Shown: positions 39,192 to 48,275 of the stretch, piece by piece
How the letters are laid out: each line of letters begins with the position of its first letter
Numbering within the stretch: position 1 is the stretch's first letter
Source of the DNA: a virus
Taxonomy: Duplodnaviria; Caudoviricetes
DNA length: 64,000 nt
Reading direction: 5' to 3' (one strand)
IMG/VR virus record: IMGVR_UViG_3300037781_000042
Coordinates: 147,582 to 211,581 of that record
Translations under genes and position numbers: made by a program
Notes under the pieces: generated by a model
Seen by the model: only the letters and a program-made list of their open reading frames with translations
Told to the model about the DNA's origin: nothing
Database searches by the model: none

Positions 39192-40688
39192 TTAATAACA
39201 AGCAGTATAAAATATAGGAAGACCTTTCCCATTTTTAAAATTTTCAATAGCCATTTTTATTTCTTCGATGTCACCTATTCTTGTATTAGCAACATCTTTA
39301 ATAGTAATTTCTTTACTTGTATCCAAATTTGGATATTGTCTAGAAAAATCAGTATGATATAATTGCGCATCTAATATGAATTTATTAATATCTTTTGTTA
39401 ATTGTACTAGAGCAGGAAAATATTCGCTAATTGATGTTGCAACTGGAACAGCTCCTTGAGGACCATACATTTGTTTACCCCAATCTTTTAAAATATCTAT
39501 CTTATAAGGATATTTTTGTTGATTGTTTTTATTTTTAAAAAACGATTTAATTTTTTTATTAAACTCTTTTTCTTCGACAGAAACATACTTAAGTATAATT
39601 TCTAACACTTCACTTAAATATTGAACATAATCCTTAAGTTCATCAATTTGTTCTGCTAATAGGTCGTATTCTACAACTTGTTCTCCATATTCTGAATTTA
39701 TTTTACCTTTAAGCCATTGATAAGCATCTTTATCCCATTCTTTTAATTCCCTTCTAATAAATTGTCTTTCTTCTTCCGATAATAATTTAATAAAATATTT
39801 GTTAAAAGCTTCTTCTCTACTAGAATTAATTTCTTCTTCCGAAACTTCATTAGGAAATCCTTTAAATGAAACAAGTTTATTTCCATTTAAGAGTTTAGCA
39901 GATTCTGGAAGATAATCTTGATTCTGAAAACAATTATCTAGATGTTGTTCATAATCTTTGTCTGAACCTCCGTAAGATCCACACATTTGATAACCTGCTA
40001 TAGGGTGACCGCCAAATCTTTGAAAACCAGGCACATTCTCCGGTATTCCCTTTAAACAAAAAATTCTATTCGCATGGACATTATATTTACCCGTAACTAT
40101 TTTAGGACCATTAGTAAGAGTTAGTAATAAATTATGATGAGCTAAAAAATCTCCTTCTATAATAAGAGGACAATTTTTTAAATAAACAATATCATTTCTA
40201 GAAATATTAAACTCCCCAATAACAATTTGATTTTTCCATTTTTCTGGAATTTCAGTTAAATGCGATCCAGACAAATCAACATCACCAAAATGTAATTCAT
40301 ATCCTTGTTGAATATATGAACTATATTTTTCATAAAAATATACAGTATCTTGTGTGTCTTTAGCTTCTGCTTCTGCTCCTACACTTCCTCCTTCAATCAT
40401 AGGTTCTACATATTCCATAGATCCGTTAATTTCAGAATTTTTAAAAGAAAATAAATTAAATTTGGTACATTTTTTTATTTTTTCAAGTATTTCTTTTTGA
40501 TTAGAAATACCAAATTCATCTCCATTATAAAACTCTATATTAAATATAGATTTTCCGGAAGTTCTTGCAGCTCCTACAAATTTTACTATTAATCTATTTT
40601 CTGACGATTCACCAAATAATAATATAAACTTTTCTCCTATTCGAGAATCTTCTATTCTTTTATCGTCTAATTGTACTTTAATAATCAT
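39192..40688 (-). CDS. family C LRR-like protein with N-terminal extension
   Basis: VDLSGSHLTEIPEKWKNQIVIGEFNISRNDIVYLKNCPLIIEGDF; RRELKEWDKDAY module. Confidence 0.7.
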   Translation of the reverse strand: MIIKVQLDDKRIEDSRIGEKFILLFGESSENRLIVKFVGAARTSGKSIFNIEFYNGDEFGISNQKEILEKIKKCTKFNLFSFKNSEINGSMEYVEPMIEGGSVGAEAEAKDTQDTVYFYEKYSSYIQQGYELHFGDVDLSGSHLTEIPEKWKNQIVIGEFNISRNDIVYLKNCPLIIEGDFLAHHNLLLTLTNGPKIVTGKYNVHANRIFCLKGIPENVPGFQRFGGHPIAGYQMCGSYGGSDKDYEQHLDNCFQNQDYLPESAKLLNGNKLVSFKGFPNEVSEEEINSSREEAFNKYFIKLLSEEERQFIRRELKEWDKDAYQWLKGKINSEYGEQVVEYDLLAEQIDELKDYVQYLSEVLEIILKYVSVEEKEFNKKIKSFFKNKNNQQKYPYKIDILKDWGKQMYGPQGAVPVATSISEYFPALVQLTKDINKFILDAQLYHTDFSRQYPNLDTSKEITIKDVANTRIGDIEEIKMAIENFKNGKGLPIFYTACY

Positions 40689-40719
40689 ATCCTTTTTATT
40701 TTTAATTTAAAATTTCTTA

Positions 40720-41754
40720 TTATCCCCAGTTACCAAGCATTAGTTCACCATATTTTTCAAAAAACTTAATATGTTTTTTTATCTCATTAAAAGTCCCTAC
40801 CTGTAAATTAAGAACGTCTATTAGTTCAACTAATTTTCCAGTATTTAATTCTGGGTAAAGATTCATAAAAACTTGTAATTTATTACTATCAATTTTTTTA
40901 AGAAGATTGTTTATTTTATTTACTACAATAACTTCTTCTGGAAATTCTTTTTCATTTGGTAAAAGAGGAACGATTTTACTTTGATTTGCCATAGTTACAT
41001 TAAAAGTCTTTTTTCCGCCAAAAGGAAAATCGTTTTTATTTTGTATGGGAGCAGTTTTATTAAATATTTCTTGTAATCTTTTTTCTAAAGAATCTTCTTC
41101 TAAAGTTTCTTCATGTTTTTTAATTCTGTCAGAAAGATCAAAATGAAAATATCTAGTTAACTCTAAAATTCTTTTTTGTTCGTCCTTAGGAAGAGTTTTA
41201 AAACTATTATATGCTGTTTCAAATGAATGTCGAATTAATTCATTTCTTTCGTCCCCAGCAATAGAAGTACGTAACCTAATATCATTTCCCGCAGATGTAC
41301 TATAACTTATTCCTAATACTTTATTATTGAAATTATTTATCCAATCGGTTCCAATATGCTCTTTTTGCCATTCTCTTACATATTCCTCTGAACATGGACT
41401 CTGCGGTCCCATTTCAAAAGGATTATCATAAAAATGTAAATTCTGCCCTATTATACCCATTCCATAATTCGTAACTAAATTATTAGCGCCACACCAATAA
41501 TCAGTACCAACTATAATAGGTCCATTTTCTAAAGTAATTAAAAAATTATGATTAACATGAAAACTACCTAAAACGTATTTTGGACAATTATTAAGATTTT
41601 TTAAATAATTAAAAGACACGTCAAAATTTCCTATAATTAAAGCATCTTTATATTGTTCTGGTATTTCTGTTAATTTTTGTCTGCTTAAATCAACATTACC
41701 ATTAACAATTTTAATATTTTCTTCTGGAGATATTTGAAATCTTTTTTCACTCAT
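40720..41754 (-). CDS. family C LRR-like protein
   Basis: VDLSRQKLTEIPEQYKDALIIGNFDVSFNYLKNLNNCPKYVLGSF. Confidence 0.7.
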   Translation of the reverse strand: MSEKRFQISPEENIKIVNGNVDLSRQKLTEIPEQYKDALIIGNFDVSFNYLKNLNNCPKYVLGSFHVNHNFLITLENGPIIVGTDYWCGANNLVTNYGMGIIGQNLHFYDNPFEMGPQSPCSEEYVREWQKEHIGTDWINNFNNKVLGISYSTSAGNDIRLRTSIAGDERNELIRHSFETAYNSFKTLPKDEQKRILELTRYFHFDLSDRIKKHEETLEEDSLEKRLQEIFNKTAPIQNKNDFPFGGKKTFNVTMANQSKIVPLLPNEKEFPEEVIVVNKINNLLKKIDSNKLQVFMNLYPELNTGKLVELIDVLNLQVGTFNEIKKHIKFFEKYGELMLGNWG

Positions 41755-41779
41755 AAAGGACCTCTTTTTCTTTATTTTT

Positions 41780-42715
41780 TTATTTATTTTTTAATTCTTG
41801 TAATAAATTATCGAAAAAATTAATATTAAAATGATTCTCTAAATTTTGATAATATATTGGAGGAACGCTATTATAATTAAAAATTTTTCCGTTTTCTCTT
41901 TTAAGAAAATAAAGATCATATTGATAACTTTGAACATTACGACAGTTTTTACGCATACATTGATCAAATTCTTCGTCAGAAAGTTCCATTAATTTATCAT
42001 TTAGAACTTGAATAGAATTTTCATCACCAGAAATTTTTAATGGAGCGTTTTTTCCATCCCATATAAAAAAATATAACTCTTCTTTAGGAATATTAATATT
42101 CCAATATTTGTCATAATATTCATCGAATATTTTAAACGCTAAAGGATCCCAGTTTTCTAATAATTCTAAAATATAAGCTGTATTATTCATTGTTTGACGG
42201 AATAGATTTCTAATGGCGTTGTGATATTCAATTCCCGTTACATACTTAATACCTGAATGAGTATTTTTCAATGACAGTAAAGTATTACCAAAATTATAAG
42301 CTGCATTACCAACACTTTTTACATATTGTTTTTGTCTTCTGATAGTAAAATCATCAAATTGTTCTTTTGTTCTTTTTTCTGTATCAAAAATGGGATCATC
42401 AAAGCAACCGGTTAGACCGTGTCCAGTAAAACCGAATTCTCTATCAGGCCTATCTATTCCATAAAAAAGTAGAATATTATTACTACTTGCTAAGTAATCA
42501 CCCTTAACTATTCTCGGCCCGTCCTCACAGGTCAATAACATATTATGTGAGCAATTAAAATTTCCATTAATCAATTTTGGACTATTTTTAAGACTTTTAA
42601 TTTCATTTTTAGAAATATTAAAATCTCCATCAATAATAGAATCTTTATATTTTTCAGGTATTTCAGTCAATCGTTGTCTACTTAAATCTACACTGGCAAA
42701 TCTTTTTTCTTTCAT
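41780..42715 (-). CDS. family C LRR-like protein
   Basis: VDLSRQRLTEIPEKYKDSIIDGDFNISKNEIKSLKNSPKLINGNF; LLENWDPLAF. Confidence 0.7.
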   Translation of the reverse strand: MKEKRFASVDLSRQRLTEIPEKYKDSIIDGDFNISKNEIKSLKNSPKLINGNFNCSHNMLLTCEDGPRIVKGDYLASSNNILLFYGIDRPDREFGFTGHGLTGCFDDPIFDTEKRTKEQFDDFTIRRQKQYVKSVGNAAYNFGNTLLSLKNTHSGIKYVTGIEYHNAIRNLFRQTMNNTAYILELLENWDPLAFKIFDEYYDKYWNINIPKEELYFFIWDGKNAPLKISGDENSIQVLNDKLMELSDEEFDQCMRKNCRNVQSYQYDLYFLKRENGKIFNYNSVPPIYYQNLENHFNINFFDNLLQELKNK

Positions 42716-42734
42716 ATTTAATCTTCTTTATTTT

Positions 42735-43067
42735 TTAGTTTAAAAATTTAACAAATTGTTCTAAAGGATTAAAAAATTTTTCTACTCCATAATAATGAAA
42801 TAAAATTCCTTCTTCTGTTTCATAACATTTAAAAATTGCTAAAACTTTAAAATTTTTACATTCTTCTAATAAATCATCTAATGTTTTAAAAGTTTTCTTT
42901 TCTATATCTTCTTCTGAAATTATAAAATTAGTAACTAAAAATTCTTCACTTTTTCTTTTAGTATAAATAGATAATCTACAAGGAATTTTTTCATCACTCA
43001 TATTTTTAGTAGGGACTTTTAATTCCTTTTCTAATAAGGTACATATTTTAAATGTTATATTAATCAT
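42735..43067 (-). CDS. hypothetical protein
   Basis: 110-aa ORF. Confidence 0.55.
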   Translation of the reverse strand: MINITFKICTLLEKELKVPTKNMSDEKIPCRLSIYTKRKSEEFLVTNFIISEEDIEKKTFKTLDDLLEECKNFKVLAIFKCYETEEGILFHYYGVEKFFNPLEQFVKFLN

Positions 43068-43071
43068 AATA

Positions 43072-43099
43072 ATTATACTTTAAAAATGACATATAGTTT
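43072..43099 (-). promoter_or_regulatory. AAACTAT-N15-TATAAT promoter motif (one mismatch)
   Basis: Upstream of the 43067 start, same spacing as perfect copies. Confidence 0.5.
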
Positions 43100-43106
43100 T
43101 AATTTT

Positions 43107-43565
43107 TTAAAACAATCTTGTAGAATCTTCTCGTTTCTTTAATTTTGAATAGTCTTTGATTTCTTTCAAAGCAGTATCTTTATAATCTACAGGAAGATTT
43201 TCATATATTACGGTTTCTTTTACATCATTAAGTAAATCACAAATTACAAAAAATCTTTCTGCAAAAGTATAAGTAGTATATTCGTCTAAGAAAGGAAGAA
43301 TATATTCTAATACTTCTGGAACTGCTCTTTTAATTAATTTCTTATTTGTAAGTATTTTTTCAAAAGGAGATCCTTCTACATACTTATACAATTCAGCACT
43401 TAATTTTTTGATTCGATGATCTACGTCAGAATTATATTCTTGATTAAGAAACGTTTTCTTATATTTTTCATTTAATACAATTTCTTCAGTTGAAAAATCA
43501 TCAAGATTTCCAGTGTTGTAATTGTTATCAAATACTTTATCTCTATCTCTTTTTCTTGCTGCCAT
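43107..43565 (-). CDS. hypothetical protein
   Basis: 152-aa ORF directly downstream of the helicase. Confidence 0.65.
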   Translation of the reverse strand: MAARKRDRDKVFDNNYNTGNLDDFSTEEIVLNEKYKKTFLNQEYNSDVDHRIKKLSAELYKYVEGSPFEKILTNKKLIKRAVPEVLEYILPFLDEYTTYTFAERFFVICDLLNDVKETVIYENLPVDYKDTALKEIKDYSKLKKREDSTRLF

Positions 43566-43577
43566 AATTTTTTCTTT

Positions 43578-44909
43578 TTAATATGTTATCATTTCTTGTG
43601 AAGTGTCTTGAGATATTCTCATATAGTCATAATCAATGTCAAATACTTGAGAACAATTCTTATATCCCGAAGATCTATTTTTAACTATCTTAATATTGTA
43701 CTTTCTATTAGCATACATTATTGCATCTTGCATTATACCAAATCCTAAATCAATTGTATGTCCTAGAGCCGATGATTCTCCCATATCCTCTAATCTTAAG
43801 TCAGTAGACCCATAAGCATTTATCTTTGCTTGAGTAACAGTAATAACTCCCCAATGATTGTTTTTAGCCATTCCTCTTAAATCTTCTGCTACTTGTTTTA
43901 TTTTCATATAAGTATTTTCTGAATTAGGATTTCTCCAATTAGACATAATATTAATATAATCAACTAAAATAACATCTAATTTAAGATTATGAGTTTTTTC
44001 TATTTTATCTACTAAATAAGATTGTAACCCAGGAACAGTTAGTCCATTAGTTGGAAAATCTTCTATAAATAGTTTTCCTAATTTAGCTCCACCTATTAAA
44101 GATTCTGTCTCTTTTCCTTTTTTATATTTTGCTATAGTTTCTTTTGCAAAAATAGGATCGTTCATTTTTTCAAAATAGTGTCCCATTTTTACATTAAACA
44201 TATTTGATCCAATTCTTTCTAGAACTTCATGTTTTGGCATCTCACAAGAAATATAACAAACGTTATGTCCTTGATCAACTAACCATCTAGCAAAAGCACT
44301 TAACCAAATAGATTTACCAATATTAGATTCTCCTACTCCACACCATACAGTACCGGGAGTAATTCCACCTCTTGAAATTTTATCCCAAAATTCAACACCA
44401 AAACTTTTCTTTTCTTCTACTTCATCATAGTAATGAGATTTGGTATCAAATATATCTAATGCAGTCGATTCATAAAAAGAAACAAACCCTTTAGAATTAA
44501 TTATTTGAAGAGTATCGGTACATACCTGTTGAGCATTTTCCATTGTAACGGGTTTATCTCTAAAATATTCTATTCCTTCTTCTAAAGATTTTTCTAAAGA
44601 CTTTACTTGAATCCAACTTTGTAAAGTTTTATTTACCCATTCCTTATCATGTTCTTCGTTTTTAGCATTCCATATAGTATCAATTTTTCCTTCAGTTAAA
44701 ATTTCATGTTCATTTTTAGCCTTAACTACATGCTTTAACATTTCAGTAGTTAATTTAGAATCAGGATATTTTAACTTTAAGGCCTTTGCATATCGATATA
44801 ATCTTGAAATATCAGAATTATCAAAGAAAGAAGATTCAACCTTTAATAAATATTCTGGATTAAGAATTATTTCATGAAAAAATATTTTTTCTAAATTGTA
44901 TGCTTGCAT
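43578..44909 (-). CDS. gp41: gp41/DnaB-family replicative helicase
   Basis: Walker A GESNIGKS, YISCEM, Walker B ILVDYINIM, ITVTQ, KIVKNRS. Confidence 0.9.
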   Translation of the reverse strand: MQAYNLEKIFFHEIILNPEYLLKVESSFFDNSDISRLYRYAKALKLKYPDSKLTTEMLKHVVKAKNEHEILTEGKIDTIWNAKNEEHDKEWVNKTLQSWIQVKSLEKSLEEGIEYFRDKPVTMENAQQVCTDTLQIINSKGFVSFYESTALDIFDTKSHYYDEVEEKKSFGVEFWDKISRGGITPGTVWCGVGESNIGKSIWLSAFARWLVDQGHNVCYISCEMPKHEVLERIGSNMFNVKMGHYFEKMNDPIFAKETIAKYKKGKETESLIGGAKLGKLFIEDFPTNGLTVPGLQSYLVDKIEKTHNLKLDVILVDYINIMSNWRNPNSENTYMKIKQVAEDLRGMAKNNHWGVITVTQAKINAYGSTDLRLEDMGESSALGHTIDLGFGIMQDAIMYANRKYNIKIVKNRSSGYKNCSQVFDIDYDYMRISQDTSQEMITY

Positions 44910-44936
44910 TTATCACCTTTTTAATTTTATTATATC

Positions 44937-46505
44937 CTACTCTTCTTCTAAAGTTTCGTCCGAATCGTCAGTTACTACAGTTTCTTTTAAATGTGATTCA
45001 TTTTCTAATTCTTCTGCTAACATCTCTTCTACAGCATCATACTCAGCAAACATAAATACTTCTTGTAATCTAGAATCAATATAATCTAAATTTTCTTTAG
45101 TGAATATTTCTTTCGCGTATCTCCAAAATTCTTTTGTTTTTATTTGAATAGGTTCTCCGTCTGGTCCGTTTCCTATCACCCAACTTCTAGGAGCTTGAGA
45201 ACTAGAGTGTGGTTCAAATACAGTATTTCCAGTTTTTCTTCTAGCTATTTTACCTGTACCGGTTTCATATTCTTCATATTCATCTACTAATTTTCCAGGA
45301 GCTACTTTACAATTTTCCCAATCTAAATAATCTTGCAAACCTACATACTTATTCATACCTTTATAAAAAGATACGTGAAGAGTAATTGGAATTCCACCTT
45401 TTGTGAATCTTGCTTTTTCTTGTTTAGATTTGATAAGAACTCCAGTTTTCTTGATTTCACTATCAACCTTTTTAGTATCTACATCTTTATCGTCTTCTTT
45501 TTTCAATTGTCTAGTAGATAGCATTAATGAAATAGAAGCACCAAATTTAGCACCCGATCCACCTGAAATTATTTTAGTTGGAATATAAGAACCAATTGCT
45601 TCATAAACGTGAGAAGTAACTATCATAGGAACTCTTTTTACCCTTAATCTAGTAAGTAAAGTTCTAAACATAGCCTTTAATTCTTGTTGTTTAGTCATGT
45701 CTCTTTTATTATTTCCTGAAAGCAAATCTTCTGTTTCTTTATCAGAAGACAAGTTACCTAAAGAATCTAGAACAAACATATATTCACAAGAATTTTCTCC
45801 CGATATTGAATCTAAAATATTAAGCATAACCTGAGACGTTTGTCGAATTGTTTCAACGGGAACTATTACTACATTAGAAGTATCAACACCGATTCTTTCT
45901 AATGTATCATTATCCATTGCGCCTTCAGAATCAAACCAAAATATTTTTGAATCAAAAGATTTTTGAGCTTCTCTAGCAGCATTCATAGATAAAAATGTTT
46001 TACCTGTATTATGATTAGAAAATCCTTCACAAAAATATCTATGATTTTTATGATCTACTTCAAAATCATATACTATAGATTCATCTACTTTTTCGCATTT
46101 AATTAATGGAAGTTCTCCTTTTACCGTTAGAGCAATATCCCCAACTTTAAGTTCTGAAACTTTTTTCCATCCATATTCTTTTGTTTCTATCATGTGATCC
46201 AAAGAACACTTTAATGTTCCTATTTCAGTAGAAACTTCCCAAATATCTCTTTTACTTTTTTCATAGAATTCTATAATTTCTTGATAACCATCAAATGAAT
46301 TAATCATTATTTGTTTATCTCTATGCTTTTCTATTAAATCTTTTATTTTTATTTTTTTCGTGTTTTTTTCACAATGAATATTGAATACCGTATTATAATA
46401 TTCTTCAGAAGAATCGTTTTTTAATTTAGTATTTAACGAAGTATTAATTTCATTAATATCTTCATACCAACATAAAAGTTCTTTTAGTATATCATTTTTA
46501 TTCAT
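44937..46505 (-). CDS. uvsX: split-intein C part (aa 1-166) fused to UvsX/RecA C-terminal extein
   Basis: CSLDH (block B), VYDFEV (block F), HN|T junction, then TGKT, WFDSEGA, VLDSLGNL, IVTSHVY, SGGSG RecA motifs. Confidence 0.9.
   Translation of the reverse strand: MNKNDILKELLCWYEDINEINTSLNTKLKNDSSEEYYNTVFNIHCEKNTKKIKIKDLIEKHRDKQIMINSFDGYQEIIEFYEKSKRDIWEVSTEIGTLKCSLDHMIETKEYGWKKVSELKVGDIALTVKGELPLIKCEKVDESIVYDFEVDHKNHRYFCEGFSNHNTGKTFLSMNAAREAQKSFDSKIFWFDSEGAMDNDTLERIGVDTSNVVIVPVETIRQTSQVMLNILDSISGENSCEYMFVLDSLGNLSSDKETEDLLSGNNKRDMTKQQELKAMFRTLLTRLRVKRVPMIVTSHVYEAIGSYIPTKIISGGSGAKFGASISLMLSTRQLKKEDDKDVDTKKVDSEIKKTGVLIKSKQEKARFTKGGIPITLHVSFYKGMNKYVGLQDYLDWENCKVAPGKLVDEYEEYETGTGKIARRKTGNTVFEPHSSSQAPRSWVIGNGPDGEPIQIKTKEFWRYAKEIFTKENLDYIDSRLQEVFMFAEYDAVEEMLAEELENESHLKETVVTDDSDETLEEE
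46008..46505 (-). mobile_element. split intein C-fragment (long, contains blocks B, F, G)
   Basis: Ends ...EGFSNHN followed by Thr+1 at 46005-46007. Confidence 0.85.
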
Positions 46506-47913
46506 ATTTTTTCTCTATAATGTTAATAATTTTTTCTATAAATTCAGTTTCATTTTGATCTGAATAATATTCATAAACAACAAAACCTTTCTCTTCTGCA
46601 AGTTTTCTTTTTTCTAGATCTCTATTATAATTTTCTTCATAATTAGTTTTATTAAAAGCATGAACCCAATTTTCTTTAATTTCTTCATTCCATTCTGGGT
46701 TAGGATGAACATGTGTTCCGTGATATTCTACTAAAATATTTAATTCAGGGATAGTAAAATCATAAAAATTCATTTTATTATTTCCATAAATTCCATATTC
46801 ATCTTCTCCATATAAAAATGTTAGATTATATTTTTTCTTTTTAGAAGCAAAATAGTGTTCGATTTCTTTAAACATTTTATATGACTCTTTACTTGAACCA
46901 TACTTAAAATTAAAAGATTTAATACTCGATCGCAATGAATTCATTCTATTTTCTTGTCTTACAATAAACTTTTCTGTTCCTTCTCTTTCACCATATTTTT
47001 CTACATGATATTCTAAAGAAGCATTCGCATTCGCTTTTTTAATTTTGTTTTTAGTATGCTCGTCTAAAAGTTCCATAGAATTTTGCCATTTTTTCTGTCT
47101 TTCATTAAAAATTCTATTTCCTTCTTTTTCGCCATATTTTTCTATACAATATTTTAAAGAAAAAGTAGACTGTCTTTCTTTTAATTTTTCAATAGCTTCT
47201 TCTTCTGAAAAACCTTTAGCTTCATAAAATTCTTTAAATACATTCATTCCTTTTTTATACTCCTTTGGATTAGTATATTTCTTAGAATGCCTTTTTAAAG
47301 ATCTTTTTCTTTGCGTTTTAAAAATTTCTTCTTTGGCTTCTTCTTCTGAAAAACCTCTTTCTAAATAATATTCTAAATGAAGATTATTATTTTTTTCAAT
47401 ATAAGATTTCCATTTTTTCTCTATCTCTTTTTCTGAAAAGCCTTCTTTTTTCCATTTTTTCTTTTTTCTTTTTTTCACTGACCATTCGTAACCGGTTTTT
47501 CTTCTATTGTCTAAAGATTTTTTAGAATTTTTAGCTTGTATTTTTGAAATTTCTTCTTTAGCTTCTTCTTCTGAAAAACCTTTTTTTATCCAAAATTCCA
47601 CACAAAATCTAGATCTACTTTTATCTAATATTTTTTTATATTTCTTTGCTAATAATTCAGCTTCTTTTTTAGAATAGTTTCTTTCAATCCAATATTCTAA
47701 ATGATGTTTCTTTAAATCTATATTTAAAGGTAAAAGTATCTTAATAGAATTTTTTCTTGAATATGTAGAATATTTTTCTTTATATTTTAAGTAGAAATTT
47801 TCAAAATTAACTTTTTCTAAATCACTAAATATTTTGTTTATCTCAATGATGTAGTCTTCTTTTGACAATATTTCTTTTTGCGCAAATATATTTTTTAGTT
47901 CCAGGCTTGTCAT
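46498..47913 (-). CDS. free-standing homing endonuclease, Vsr-like (EDxHD / PD-(D/E)xK) with helical repeats
   Basis: C-term FYDFTIPELNILVEYHGTHVHP; repeats (F/Y)xxxKGFSEEEA x4-5 and EKYGExEG x2; sits between the two uvsX halves. Confidence 0.75.
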   Translation of the reverse strand: MTSLELKNIFAQKEILSKEDYIIEINKIFSDLEKVNFENFYLKYKEKYSTYSRKNSIKILLPLNIDLKKHHLEYWIERNYSKKEAELLAKKYKKILDKSRSRFCVEFWIKKGFSEEEAKEEISKIQAKNSKKSLDNRRKTGYEWSVKKRKKKKWKKEGFSEKEIEKKWKSYIEKNNNLHLEYYLERGFSEEEAKEEIFKTQRKRSLKRHSKKYTNPKEYKKGMNVFKEFYEAKGFSEEEAIEKLKERQSTFSLKYCIEKYGEKEGNRIFNERQKKWQNSMELLDEHTKNKIKKANANASLEYHVEKYGEREGTEKFIVRQENRMNSLRSSIKSFNFKYGSSKESYKMFKEIEHYFASKKKKYNLTFLYGEDEYGIYGNNKMNFYDFTIPELNILVEYHGTHVHPNPEWNEEIKENWVHAFNKTNYEENYNRDLEKRKLAEEKGFVVYEYYSDQNETEFIEKIINIIEKKYE

Positions 47914-47957
47914 AATGTTTTATTTTTATATATCACATTACAGGTGAACCTGGAACT
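47897..47957 (-). promoter_or_regulatory. RNA hairpin occluding the endonuclease start codon, with GATATATA motif in the loop
   Basis: AGTTCCAGG/CCTGGAACT 9-bp perfect stem plus TAATGT/ACATTA upper stem that includes the A of ATG (47913); GATATATA at 47927-47934. Confidence 0.6.
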
Positions 47958-47964
47958 GGAAATT

Positions 47965-48255
47965 CTATAACTTTGTTAAATCTTTAAAATTTTCAGATTT
48001 ACCTATATAAACTTCTATTTCTTGATCAGGGTGTAAACAACCCGGATCCCCTGCCAGAAGTAACACTCTCCCTTCAGGAAGGCCTCTATAAATAGACCCT
48101 GTCATTTGAGCATTAAGTAGATAATTACCCATATCTACCCAATTATTAATTTTAAAAGTATCATCTTCTGAAACTACATTTGCAGAAGGAACTATATCTT
48201 GTACTTTATTTAAAATGGATGCAAAATCCATTGATTCATTTTTCTTTTTAGCCAT
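47965..48255 (-). CDS. uvsX: UvsX/RecA N-terminal extein (72 aa) fused to split-intein N part
   Basis: MGNYLLNAQMTG...GLPEGRVLLLAGDPG (RecA N-term, first half of Walker A) then CLHPDQEIEVY. Confidence 0.9.
   Translation of the reverse strand: MAKKKNESMDFASILNKVQDIVPSANVVSEDDTFKINNWVDMGNYLLNAQMTGSIYRGLPEGRVLLLAGDPGCLHPDQEIEVYIGKSENFKDLTKL
47968..48039 (-). mobile_element. split intein N-fragment (24 aa)
   Basis: CLHPDQEIEVYIGKSENFKDLTKL*; intein block A. Confidence 0.8.
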
Positions 48256-48275
48256 AATTTCTTTTTTATTATTTT

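Noticed and set aside
37290-47967. Stop-codon recoding as the explanation for short gp46 and uvsX fragments
   Set aside because: gp46 fragment ends in TAA plus a terminator; reading through the uvsX TAG hits TAA eight codons later; other genes are intact in the standard code
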